A stretch of 64,000 nt of DNA from an uncultured Oscillospiraceae bacterium (GCA_949295415.1 CASFLA010000052.1:25911-89910); one strand, 5' to 3'; numbered from the stretch's first letter, positions 37,863 through 46,739 are shown. Program-made: numbers and translations. Notes: generated by a model from the letters alone, not told the origin.

Positions 37863-37911
37863 ATAACACATCTCCTTTCTGAAATAATAAATAAATATAA
37901 ATTACAATTAC

Positions 37912-37940
37912 ATTATAAAACTTTTAATTTGCTTCTGCAA
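37912..37940 (-). promoter_or_regulatory. sigma-A-type promoter of the island operon (TTGCAG-17-TATAAT)
   Basis: On the minus strand, -35 at 37940-37935 and -10 at 37917-37912. Confidence 0.5.
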
Positions 37941-38013
37941 CTAAAATTTGCTTTAGTTATTTCGTTTGTCAAAATATCGTTTGCTCCCTCCTTGTTCGAA
38001 TCCCCTTAATAGA

Positions 38014-38072
38014 AACAAAAATAATAGCCCACCTGAACGGTGGACTATTATTGTGGCGGAGAGAAGGGGATT
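38014..38072. repeat. right 59-bp direct repeat (authentic tRNA-Ser 3' end plus terminator)
   Basis: 58/59 identical to 35621-35679. Its last 19 bp are tRNA nucleotides from the T-loop to CCA. Confidence 0.92.
38017..38053 (-). terminator. terminator of tRNA-Ser
   Basis: Minus strand: aataatagtccacc-gttc-aggtgggctattatt followed by TTTTGTTT. Confidence 0.6.
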
Positions 38073-38145
38073 CGAACCCCTGAATGGGTATTAGCCATTA
38101 CACGATTTCCAATCGTGCGCCTTAGACCAGCTCAGCCATCTCTCC
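38054..38145 (-). tRNA. tRNA-Ser (anticodon GGA), type II with a long variable arm and encoded CCA
   Basis: Hand-folded cloverleaf. Acceptor GGAGAGA/TCTCTCC, anticodon stem CACGA/TCGTG with loop TTGGAAA, variable stem AATGG/CCATT, T arm AGGGG-TTCGAAT-CCCCT, discriminator G plus CCA. 92 nt. Confidence 0.93.
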
Positions 38146-38168
38146 GTACATATTTGGTTGACTAACCC

Positions 38169-38197
38169 ATTATAATGTCCCGTTCTCTAAAAATCAA
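38169..38197 (-). promoter_or_regulatory. sigma-A promoter of tRNA-Ser (TTGATT-17-TATAAT)
   Basis: On the minus strand, -35 at 38197-38192 and -10 at 38174-38169, about 24 nt upstream of the tRNA 5' end. Confidence 0.5.
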
Positions 38198-38361
38198 GAC
38201 CTTTTTTAAATTTTATTTACAGTAATTTTCAATTCGCTGTTAACATTTGGGAGAATTGAAAGAATGCGATGCGCCTTGCCAACAATAATACTTTATGTGA
38301 TATGCACCCCAAAAATTAGACGCTTTTGTGGTGCATATCAAGGAAACTACTGCGGTTTTAA

Positions 38362-39177
38362 TTATATATTCTTATATTGTTGAGGTGAAACACCGGTTAT
38401 TGATTTAAAAACTCTTGAAAAATAAAACTGGTCATCAAAACCAACATAGGTGGCTATATCTTTTATAGACATTGAGTTGTTGAGCAGCAACGCCTTTGCC
38501 TGCGCAATTCTTAAACTATTTCTATATTCAACGGGGCTCATACCCGACCATTCTTTAAACAGATGATGAAAATAGCCCTCGCTGACTGCACAGATGGAAG
38601 CATATTTTGAAATTTTCTCGTTTCTGTTCCATTCCTTATTGAACTGCCTGATGCCGCGCCTTATAGGATAATAGTCATCTGCTTTGTCGTTCATACACGA
38701 AACTATAGTGTCAAAAAGTTCATAAAGCTTTGATTGCTTTTTGAGGTTGTTGACATTTATATCGTTGCAAACACGGGAGAGCTCGCTCATAACCGATTCT
38801 ATCTGCGAAAAGCTATCTTTTGCTAAAACCGTAATGTTCTCACTGAGCATTATGTCATTCCCGCTTAAATCGCCTATATTAAAATTCATCGTATAAGAAT
38901 CAAATCTTTTGACAGAATCCGGGTCTTTACTGAGGCTCATTACATATTTTGTGCCTTTAGGGACTAAAACAAGGTCGCCGCATTCAAGAGTTATCGGCTC
39001 GCGGTCAATTTCGGTGAGGGTCATAGTAATATCCTTGCTACACACCAAAATTAAAGCATTGGTATATCGAGGCTCATCTTTAAAAACGCTGAATCCGTCA
39101 TTGTTGCGCCACCTTTGCGCAACAATGCTAAGACACCTTAACTGAACATCTTCGGTAACGATATCATAAAAATTCAT
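38362..39177 (-). CDS. AraC-family transcriptional regulator (cupin sensor plus 2 HTH)
   Basis: C-terminal AraC HTH blocks (ISKYASICAVSEGYFHHLFK, IKDIATYVGFDDQFYFSRVFK). Confidence 0.88.
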   Translation of the reverse strand: MNFYDIVTEDVQLRCLSIVAQRWRNNDGFSVFKDEPRYTNALILVCSKDITMTLTEIDREPITLECGDLVLVPKGTKYVMSLSKDPDSVKRFDSYTMNFNIGDLSGNDIMLSENITVLAKDSFSQIESVMSELSRVCNDINVNNLKKQSKLYELFDTIVSCMNDKADDYYPIRRGIRQFNKEWNRNEKISKYASICAVSEGYFHHLFKEWSGMSPVEYRNSLRIAQAKALLLNNSMSIKDIATYVGFDDQFYFSRVFKSITGVSPQQYKNI

Positions 39178-39340
39178 AAAATTATTCCATCCATTTTAAG
39201 AATTTACAAATATATTATACGATATAATGTGAGAATTGTCCATATTTTTTTAAAACGACTATTCCATTGCGGTAAAGAAGACTGTATATTTGTTGTAAAG
39301 AGGTAATCTCTTTTAAACCTATATTAAAGGCGGTTTTATT

Positions 39341-40462
39341 ATGAAAAAGATGAAGGTTGCTCTTATCGGCTCAGGTATGATAAGTAATATTTACTTGCAA
39401 AACCTTAAAAGCTATAATGCGATTGAGCTTGTTGGCTGTTCGGATATTATCCCCGAGCGCTCTAAGGCGAAGGCTGAGAAGCATGGCATTCGTCAGATGA
39501 CCAATGAGGAAATATTCAACGACCCTGAGATAGAGCTTGTTGTTAACACAACCTATCCCTTGGCTCATTATGAGGTTTCCAAGCAGGCGCTGGAAGCAGG
39601 CAAGCATGTTTACTGCGAGAAGATGACCACTGAAACCATCGAACAGGCAAATGAACTTATGGCTTTGGCTGAATCAAAAGGTCTCTTTATTGGCGGTGCG
39701 CCTGATACCTTCTTAGATGGAAGCACTCAGCTTGCAAGGCAGATTATTGAGAGTGGAATAGTTGGTAAGCCGGTTATGGTTGATGCTATGCTCAGCCGTT
39801 CTTATCATCATGAGCGTAATTACACAGGAAGCGAAAAGCGTTTTGCTTTCCACCGCCATGGCGGAATTATTTTTGATATGGGTTCTTATTACCTTACTGA
39901 AATGGTATTCTTGCTCGGCGCTATTAAGAGAGTTTCGGGCTTTGCCCAGATAAGAGACGCCGACAGAACATATATGAACCCAAAATGCCCAATGTTCGGT
40001 CAGCAGATGTTGGTTGAATCCTGGAATAATGCAACAGGTTCATTAGAGTTTGAATCGGGTGTTTTAGGCCATCTTACCATTACTTCTGAGGGCGGCTCAA
40101 CCGCTAACCGTTTTGTAATTTACTGCACCGACGGTAAGATAGACCTCGGCGACCCCAATAACTACGAAAATGTTGTTAAGGTTTATAATAAAAAGGGTGA
40201 TGAGAGTATTATTCATACTCCCTTTGCTTTCAATTCCGATAATCATCGCGCAATAGGTATTCTTGATGCAGTTTATGCTATAAAGAACGGCAGAAAGCCG
40301 CGCTGCAACGCCGAGCTTAACCGCCATGTTTTAGAGGCGGCCTTAGGTATCTGCGAAAGTGGACAGACAGGTTCGGTTTATAATATGACAACCACTTGTG
40401 AGCAACCCCAGCCCTTGAAGCCTGGTTACACCGAGTATCCTGAGCTTGTTTTTGATCTTTAA
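39341..40462 (+). CDS. Gfo/Idh/MocA-family oxidoreductase
   Basis: N-terminal Rossmann VALIGSGMIS and the EKM-type motif (YCEKM). Confidence 0.88.
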   Translation: MKKMKVALIGSGMISNIYLQNLKSYNAIELVGCSDIIPERSKAKAEKHGIRQMTNEEIFNDPEIELVVNTTYPLAHYEVSKQALEAGKHVYCEKMTTETIEQANELMALAESKGLFIGGAPDTFLDGSTQLARQIIESGIVGKPVMVDAMLSRSYHHERNYTGSEKRFAFHRHGGIIFDMGSYYLTEMVFLLGAIKRVSGFAQIRDADRTYMNPKCPMFGQQMLVESWNNATGSLEFESGVLGHLTITSEGGSTANRFVIYCTDGKIDLGDPNNYENVVKVYNKKGDESIIHTPFAFNSDNHRAIGILDAVYAIKNGRKPRCNAELNRHVLEAALGICESGQTGSVYNMTTTCEQPQPLKPGYTEYPELVFDL

Positions 40463-40494
40463 TTATAAAAAATTCACTTTAAGGAGAAACAGTT

Positions 40495-41280
40495 ATGTAT
40501 AAATACGGTTTGCAGATGTATACTCTTCGCAATTTTATGAAAACCCCTGAGGACCTTGACAGCACCTTAAAAAAGGTTGCCGATATGGGTTATCAGAATG
40601 TTCAGATTTCACCACCTGCTTTTACTAATTCCGTTGCCTTGGCAGAGCAGCTCAAAGGCTATGGTCTTTCGGCAGACTCAGCTTTCTGCAATGTTTATAA
40701 AATACCCGAAAGCATCGGCGATATTGTTACTGCCGCAAAGGCACTCGGCACTGATGTTTTAAGAACCGACTCTATTCAGAATGCAGACAGATATTCTATT
40801 GAGGGCTATAAGAGCTTTGCAGAGCATATGAATGTTTGCGGCAAGCTTCTTAAAGAAAATGGTCTTAAATTTATGTATCATTTCCATTCCTTTGAGTTTA
40901 TTAAGCTCGGCGAAAATCTTCGCGGAATTGATATTCTTCTCAATGAAACCGACCCTGAATGCGTTATGTTCCAGCCTGACGTTTTCTGGCTCACTGCATC
41001 GGGCACAGAACCGAGTGAGGCACTTAAAATGTTCAAGGGCAGAGCAGAATATATGCACCTTAAGGATTATGTTATCATTAAGAATGATACCGCAGTTTTA
41101 GAGGAAACCAAGAGAGCGTCTGCTCCTGTTGGAACAGGTAATCTTAACTGGGATGCAATTATCAAAACTGCAAAAGATATCGGAATCTATAACTTTGTTG
41201 TTGAGGATGATATGGGCTCACTTGACCCGTTTGACAGTGCAAAGCAGAGTATTGACAATATGAAGAAATTAGGCTTCTAA
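40495..41280 (+). CDS. sugar phosphate isomerase/epimerase (xylose-isomerase-like TIM barrel)
   Basis: 261 aa with a typical AP_endonuc_2 fold pattern (YHFHSFE, MHLKDY, VVEDD). Confidence 0.82.
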   Translation: MYKYGLQMYTLRNFMKTPEDLDSTLKKVADMGYQNVQISPPAFTNSVALAEQLKGYGLSADSAFCNVYKIPESIGDIVTAAKALGTDVLRTDSIQNADRYSIEGYKSFAEHMNVCGKLLKENGLKFMYHFHSFEFIKLGENLRGIDILLNETDPECVMFQPDVFWLTASGTEPSEALKMFKGRAEYMHLKDYVIIKNDTAVLEETKRASAPVGTGNLNWDAIIKTAKDIGIYNFVVEDDMGSLDPFDSAKQSIDNMKKLGF

Positions 41281-41304
41281 TCATTCAAAAAGGAGGAAAG
41301 AAAT

Positions 41305-42663
41305 TTGAAAAAGTTTCTTAACATTCTAATGTCAGCTGTTTTGTTAACCACAATGTTAGCCGCTTGCGGCAATCCCGAGCAAGCAGGCTCAAATGCCCAA
41401 TCCGTAGCCGGTGATTTATCAGCTTCTGTTGATACTGACGGTGATGCGAAAGTCTTTAACATAAATGTTCATTCGGGCAATAATAAGAAATTCACTTTGA
41501 ACAGAAATTTCTCTGCTAACAAGGAGAGTATTTCCTTGATTCTCGTTGTTGGTCAGTCAAACTTTATGGTTGGCCAAGGACACAATTCTGAGATGAAGTA
41601 TTATAACTCCGGCGAAATAACAGAAAAACCGGAGGATACCATCGTCCCTGAAAAGGGCAAGGCTTATACAAGCGGCTATCAGCAGTCTATTACACAGCTT
41701 TCTGATGCTAATGATATGTATTATGTTTCAAGTCCCAAAAACGAAGGCGGTTCAAGAAGCGGTGTGACTCCTCCGTTTGCAAAGCGTTGGAATGAAATAA
41801 CCGGAACAAAGGTTGTCTTTATACAGGTAGCTCAAGGTGCAACCTGTATGCACGAGTGGACTCCAAATTTCCAAAACTATACCTGCACCTGTCCTCACGG
41901 TCAGCAGTATGCACTTTATAGCTTAGCAAAATCGCTTTATAAGGAAAGCTATGAGGCGCTGAGCAAGGATTATAATATAATGTATACCGGCTATATCTGG
42001 AATCAGGGCGAAAATGATGAGAAATATGGCAAAAATCAGAGTAATACTATTCATGATGCAGAGGCATACTATAATGCATATTTAGATATGCATAACGGCT
42101 TTATGCGTGAGTTAGAGCTTGATTTCGGCGGAATTTCGGTTGTTCGTTCGGCATATTCGGGCTCAACAGCGCAGAACAGTATGGTTCTTACTTTCCCGAG
42201 AATTGCTCAGTATAAGCTTTGCAGTGAGGTTCCTAACCTTTATATGCTTTCAACTATTGGCGAAACCTGCGATGTTAGTATGATGAATCAGGGCGAAACC
42301 ATTCATTATGCTCAGAGCACCTTTAATAAAATGGGTGTTCAAATGGCAGATAGCCTTGCAAACCACCTTGGCATTGCCAAGAATAAGGCTAAATATTCGG
42401 GAGTTAAGGTTTATGGCGCTGACGGCGCGTTGCTTGCCGCTTTTGATGCCGAAGGTAAATTAAAAGAGGGAAGCGATATCTTAACAAGAGGCGGCGCAAT
42501 GGGCAAGCTTCTTATAAAGTTTGATACTTTAGGAACTGCTTACACCATTGATACCGCGGTTGACGGCAAGAAGTCAGAACTTATGGATGGGTATGGCAAT
42601 CTTGACTGGTCTAAAATACCTAATACAAAAAAAGAGTTAAAAATGGTTGTAACTCTAGATTAA
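41305..42663 (+). CDS. secreted lipoprotein, sialate O-acetylesterase-like carbohydrate esterase
   Basis: Lipobox LAAC-G after a signal peptide. GQSNF motif (LVVGQSNFMVGQG) and WNQGEND motif, as in the DUF303/9-O-acetylesterase family. TTG start with AGGAGG SD. Confidence 0.7.
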   Translation: MKKFLNILMSAVLLTTMLAACGNPEQAGSNAQSVAGDLSASVDTDGDAKVFNINVHSGNNKKFTLNRNFSANKESISLILVVGQSNFMVGQGHNSEMKYYNSGEITEKPEDTIVPEKGKAYTSGYQQSITQLSDANDMYYVSSPKNEGGSRSGVTPPFAKRWNEITGTKVVFIQVAQGATCMHEWTPNFQNYTCTCPHGQQYALYSLAKSLYKESYEALSKDYNIMYTGYIWNQGENDEKYGKNQSNTIHDAEAYYNAYLDMHNGFMRELELDFGGISVVRSAYSGSTAQNSMVLTFPRIAQYKLCSEVPNLYMLSTIGETCDVSMMNQGETIHYAQSTFNKMGVQMADSLANHLGIAKNKAKYSGVKVYGADGALLAAFDAEGKLKEGSDILTRGGAMGKLLIKFDTLGTAYTIDTAVDGKKSELMDGYGNLDWSKIPNTKKELKMVVTLD

Positions 42664-42685
42664 AAGTTGTATAATGTCCTAGAAG

Positions 42686-42717
42686 AATCCCGTTGCTAGA
42701 TTTAGCAACGGGATTTT
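42686..42717 (+). terminator. rho-independent terminator
   Basis: Stem aatcccgttgcta / tagcaacgggatt followed by TT. Confidence 0.75.
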
Positions 42718-42739
42718 AACAGAAAAAAAGGAACAAAAT

Positions 42740-43459
42740 ATGAAACAAGAAAACAAAAAGGCGCTATTCGAGGGAATGCATAGCGGAATACCGATAGGTC
42801 TTGGTTATTTTGCGGTTTCTTTCTCGCTCGGAATAGCGGCTAAAAATGCAGGGCTTAGCTCATTAGAGTCGTTTTTCGCAAGCCTTATGTGCAACGCCTC
42901 GGCAGGTGAATATGCAGGCTTTACTATAATTGCCGCAAGCGCAGGGCTTTTACAAATGGCGATTGTAACGCTTATAGTTAACGCAAGATATATGCTTATG
43001 AGCTGCGCGTTAAGCCAAAAAATGTCAAGCGATATGAAGTTTTGGCATAGATTGCTTTTGGGTTTTTATGTAACTGATGAATTTTTCGGTATAGCTATAG
43101 CGCGACCGGGTAAGTTAAACCCGTTTTACTCTTATGGTGCAGTCTTGGTTGCTTCGCCGTTGTGGGCTATAGGAACATATCTTGGAACGGTTGCAGGCAA
43201 TTTATTGCCGCTGAGTCTGGTTAGTGCATTTTCGGTTGCTCTATACGGAATGTTCTTGGCAATTATTTTGCCAACCGCAAGAAAAGATAAGAAAATAGCA
43301 GGTATTATCCTGGTTTGCTTTATATTAAGCTTTATTGCACAGTATTGGCCGCTCTTAGATGCAGTGCCCGATGTTACTAAAACCATTATTTTAACGGTTG
43401 TAATTTCTGCTGCAGCGGCGCTTTTATTCCCGAGAAAAGAGGTGGCAGAAAATGAGTAA
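42740..43459 (+). CDS. azlC: AzlC-family branched-chain amino acid exporter subunit
   Basis: 239-aa polytopic protein with AzlC-like blocks (NARYMLMS). Overlaps azlD by 8 nt. Confidence 0.82.
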   Translation: MKQENKKALFEGMHSGIPIGLGYFAVSFSLGIAAKNAGLSSLESFFASLMCNASAGEYAGFTIIAASAGLLQMAIVTLIVNARYMLMSCALSQKMSSDMKFWHRLLLGFYVTDEFFGIAIARPGKLNPFYSYGAVLVASPLWAIGTYLGTVAGNLLPLSLVSAFSVALYGMFLAIILPTARKDKKIAGIILVCFILSFIAQYWPLLDAVPDVTKTIILTVVISAAAALLFPRKEVAENE

Positions 43460-43760
43460 TATTGCTTATATTCTTGTTATGGCCGCCGTAACCTATGCGG
43501 TGCGCGTTCTGCCGCTTACGCTTATCAGAAAACCGATTAAAAACACCTTTTTAAAATCATTCCTTTATTATGTTCCTTATGTTACTCTCGCGGTTATGAC
43601 TTTTCCCGCAATTATTGAGGCAACAAGCAGTCCCATATCGGGAATAATCGCATTTATAGCAGGTGTTATTGTTGCATTTTTCGGCGGCAATATTTTTACA
43701 ACTGCGGTTGTTTGCTGTGTTGCGGTTTTTGCAGCTGAGCTTGTTTTGCCTTTTATTTAA
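43452..43760 (+). CDS. azlD: AzlD-family branched-chain amino acid exporter subunit
   Basis: 102 aa with 3-4 TM helices, coupled to azlC. Confidence 0.8.
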   Translation: MSNIAYILVMAAVTYAVRVLPLTLIRKPIKNTFLKSFLYYVPYVTLAVMTFPAIIEATSSPISGIIAFIAGVIVAFFGGNIFTTAVVCCVAVFAAELVLPFI

Positions 43761-44131
43761 AACATTCCCAAAAGATTGAACTTTTCATTTTCCTTGATGT
43801 TATCGAGCAGTAGCCTCAGATTAGAGATAGAGTTTTCAAAATCACAGTCGCTTTTTTCTATACTGTTGTTTAGAGCTACTATTTCGAAAGAAATTTCATC
43901 TATTGCCTCGTTGTTTAAAAACAACGAAAGCCACATATTATATTTCTGCCAAGAGGTATAGGCGCTTGCCGCATATCTTTTGGCAGTTTTTTTATCCTCA
44001 AAATAAATCTGCTCGGTTTTCCTTAATTCCAAATTAAGCGAATCGAACGCCTTTTTTATAATCATAACCTCTCCGACGCAAAGGCTTATGGCAATCAAAA
44101 GCATTGCAACGGCTATATAAAGTCTTTTCAA
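43757..44131 (-). CDS. DUF4363-like membrane-anchored protein
   Basis: 124 aa with an N-terminal TM helix. Pairs by a 4-nt overlap with the DUF421 gene, as is usual for DUF4363/DUF421 pairs. Confidence 0.6.
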   Translation of the reverse strand: MKRLYIAVAMLLIAISLCVGEVMIIKKAFDSLNLELRKTEQIYFEDKKTAKRYAASAYTSWQKYNMWLSLFLNNEAIDEISFEIVALNNSIEKSDCDFENSISNLRLLLDNIKENEKFNLLGMF

Positions 44132-44814
44132 ATTTTCTTCTCCTTTTTTATGATTGAATAGGTTCCTTTTTCATCACATGTCATAATTAAAACGTCAGAT
44201 ATTTCAAGGTTCTGATTTAATAAATGCTGCTCGATTTGGGCTTTGGTTCGTTTTGAAAATTTAAGCCCCTCTTTGTTAAGCTTGCCATCGTTAACAATGA
44301 GGCAGGGGAAAAGACTTTCTGCCTTTGTTCCTTTTAGATTCTCGACCGCTGCCGGTTGCTTTTCAGGCTTTAACATAACACTTAACTGTCCGTTGGTTTC
44401 TAAAATCGCGTATTTAACATCGTTTAAATCAAAAATTCCTTGGTTTCGTAAAACCTCACATAAATCCTGAACCGTAACTCTTAACTGCTTTAGTCTTTTT
44501 TCGTCAACAACGCCGTTTGAAATAATAACGGCAGAGCTACCGTAAAAGGTTCGGCGAAGCAGGGGAGATTTCATGGTTAAAACAGAAAGGAGTATTTCTA
44601 AAAAGCAGAGCGTAAACACCGCAACAACACCCGTTAGTATTGGCTGATCAAGGTTTTGAATAGGTATTGCGGCAATTTCCGAAATTAAAATTGTTATAAC
44701 CAGTTCTCCGGGTTGCATATCGCCGATTTGGCGCTTGCCCATAACTCTTATTGCGGTTATAACGAGAAAATATAAAATAGCAGTTCGAATTATTGTATTA
44801 AACAAGTAAATCAC
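44128..44814 (-). CDS. DUF421 (YetF/YrbG-like) membrane protein
   Basis: N-terminal TM helices (RVMGKRQIGDMQPGELVITI) plus a C-terminal soluble domain. Confidence 0.75.
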   Translation of the reverse strand: MIYLFNTIIRTAILYFLVITAIRVMGKRQIGDMQPGELVITILISEIAAIPIQNLDQPILTGVVAVFTLCFLEILLSVLTMKSPLLRRTFYGSSAVIISNGVVDEKRLKQLRVTVQDLCEVLRNQGIFDLNDVKYAILETNGQLSVMLKPEKQPAAVENLKGTKAESLFPCLIVNDGKLNKEGLKFSKRTKAQIEQHLLNQNLEISDVLIMTCDEKGTYSIIKKEKKI

Positions 44815-44837
44815 CGAGGTTAGTATTGCCCGAGTTT

Positions 44838-44876
44838 TAAAAAATATGCACCCGACAGCTTAATACTATCGGGTGC
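44838..44876 (-). terminator. terminator downstream of rex
   Basis: Minus strand: gcacccga...tcgggtgc followed by ATATTTTTT. Confidence 0.7.
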
Positions 44877-44891
44877 TTTAATAATTATCTA

Positions 44892-45542
44892 TTATTCTTC
44901 TACAGGCTCGGACTTTTCTGAAATATTGTAGCAAAGTGTCATAAGACTATCACTCAAATGAACATTTTCAACGACAACATCAGGGTATTCCAAAGAGAAA
45001 TCATAATGTGTGAAGTTCCAGAAGCCTTTAATACCAAGTTGGACCAGCTGGTCGGCAACGGCGTGAGCCTCGGTTTTAGGAATACAGAGAATAGCAATAT
45101 CGGGCTTGTTCTCGCGGCAGAATTCATCAAGTCTATCCATATTATGAACGGGTAGGTTCTGAATTGTCTGCCCCAAAATCGATTGTTTTTTATCAAATAT
45201 GCCGATAAGGCGGAAGCCATTGGTGGTCATATCAAAGTGCATAGCAAGAGCCTTGCCCATATAACCGGCACCGATGAGTATAGCCTTCTTTATATCGCAA
45301 AGGCCAAGGATTTTACCAATTTCTTCTCTTAATAAATCGATATTGTAGCCATAGCCCTGCTGACCAAATTCTCCGAAGCAGTTAAGGTCTTGCCTTATCT
45401 GACTGGCGGTAAGGCCCATTCTTTCTGAAAGTTCCTTAGATGAGATGCGATGCATACCGTTGAGCTTAAGGTCGCCTAAAAAGCGGTAGTATCTGGGCAG
45501 ACGCTTGATTACAGAGGTAGAAACGCTGCGTGATTTACTCAT
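44892..45542 (-). CDS. rex: redox-sensing transcriptional repressor Rex
   Basis: RLPRYYRFL winged-helix block, ISSKELSERMGLTASQIRQDL, and Rossmann GAGYMG. Confidence 0.92.
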   Translation of the reverse strand: MSKSRSVSTSVIKRLPRYYRFLGDLKLNGMHRISSKELSERMGLTASQIRQDLNCFGEFGQQGYGYNIDLLREEIGKILGLCDIKKAILIGAGYMGKALAMHFDMTTNGFRLIGIFDKKQSILGQTIQNLPVHNMDRLDEFCRENKPDIAILCIPKTEAHAVADQLVQLGIKGFWNFTHYDFSLEYPDVVVENVHLSDSLMTLCYNISEKSEPVEE

Positions 45543-45557
45543 TACTTTTTACCTCTT

Positions 45558-46724
45558 TTATGAAAGCTTTTTAACAGTTTCCATTACATAGTCGCCGAAT
45601 TCGGTGCAGGTGCAGCCTGTGTCGCGGCCGGTAATAGCGAGCTTCTTTTCTTTAAACATACAGATATCGAGCGCCTGCTCTAACAGGTCTGCTTTTTCCT
45701 GCTCACCGATATGTGAAAGCAGCATAACTGCGGCTCTGAGCATTGAACAAGGGTCTGCAAACTTGTCGCGGCCTTCTTTAACCATTCTCGGAGCAGAGCC
45801 GTGGATAGCTTCAAACATAGCATATTTCTTACCGATGTTTGCGCTTCCTGCGGTGCCAACGCCACCTTGGAACTCTGCGGCTTCATCAGTGATAATATCG
45901 CCGTAGAGGTTGGGCAGAACGAATACCTTGAAATCTCTGCGGCGCTTTTCATCAATCAACTTTGCGGTTGTAATATCAATATACCAGTCATCAGTAATGA
46001 TTTCGGGGTATTCCTCGCCAACCTTCTGACAGATTTTAAGGAATTTACCGTCGGTTGTTTTGATAACGTTTGCTTTAGTAATGATAGAAACGCGCTCTTT
46101 CTTGTTCTTTCTTGCGTATTCATAAGCTAAACGGGCGATTCTCTCACAACCCTCACTTGTTGCAACAACAAAATCAACTGCTAAATCATCAGAAACATTA
46201 AGTCCATCAGAACCAACCGCATAGCCACCCTCGGTATTCTCGCGGAAGAAGGTCCAGTCAATACCTTTCTCGGGAACGCGAACGGGACGAAGATTTGCGA
46301 AGAGGTCAAGTTCCTTTCTCATTGCAACATTGGCGCTTTCAATATTGGGCCACGGGTCACCTGCTCTGGGAGTGGTGGTAGGTCCTTTTAAGATGACCTG
46401 ACATTTTTTGAGTTCTGCCAAAACATCATCAGGAATAGCCTTGTTTACTGCAACACGGTTTTCAATGGTGAGACCGTCAATTTCTTTAAATTCGATTTTG
46501 CCGGCATCAACCTTATCTGCCAATAAGAAACGGAGAACTCTCTCTGCTTCATGGGTGATAACGGGACCGATTCCGTCGCCTCCGCAAACACCGATTGTAA
46601 GCTTATCGAGCTTAGAATAATCAACAAACTCTTTATCCTGTTTAATTCTTTCGGCGCGTTCCTGCTGTTTTATCAGCAGTTCTTCAAACTTTTTAACAGC
46701 GCTTTTAATATTTTCGTTGTTCAT
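45558..46724 (-). CDS. isocitrate/isopropylmalate dehydrogenase family enzyme (probable NAD-dependent isocitrate dehydrogenase)
   Basis: Blocks GDGIGPV, NLRP and NLYGDIITDEAA, plus GSAP. Placed directly after aconitase. Confidence 0.8.
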   Translation of the reverse strand: MNNENIKSAVKKFEELLIKQQERAERIKQDKEFVDYSKLDKLTIGVCGGDGIGPVITHEAERVLRFLLADKVDAGKIEFKEIDGLTIENRVAVNKAIPDDVLAELKKCQVILKGPTTTPRAGDPWPNIESANVAMRKELDLFANLRPVRVPEKGIDWTFFRENTEGGYAVGSDGLNVSDDLAVDFVVATSEGCERIARLAYEYARKNKKERVSIITKANVIKTTDGKFLKICQKVGEEYPEIITDDWYIDITTAKLIDEKRRRDFKVFVLPNLYGDIITDEAAEFQGGVGTAGSANIGKKYAMFEAIHGSAPRMVKEGRDKFADPCSMLRAAVMLLSHIGEQEKADLLEQALDICMFKEKKLAITGRDTGCTCTEFGDYVMETVKKLS

Positions 46725-46739
46725 AATTATAAATCCTTT

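Larger units (their letters stand above)
35621..38072. mobile_element. integrase-less mini genomic island at tRNA-Ser(GGA) carrying a methyltransferase operon
   Basis: 59-bp direct repeats 2393 bp apart. AT-rich interior by spot counts. Own promoter. Three minus-strand genes. No recombinase gene. Confidence 0.6.

Noticed and set aside
35621-38072. Search for an integrase, transposase, excisionase or terminal inverted repeats in or next to the tRNA-Ser island, and for prophage genes anywhere in the window.
   Set aside because: None was found in any frame. The island is therefore reported as integrase-less rather than as a classical integrative element.
38264-38383. 39-aa Cys-containing ORF (MRCALPTIILYVICTPKIRRFCGAYQGNYCGFNYIFLYC) downstream of tRNA-Ser.
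   Set aside because: It has only a weak SD, it contains the hairpin gatatgcacc...ggtgcatatc, and it overlaps the 3' end of the AraC gene by 22 nt on the opposite strand. There is not enough support to call it.
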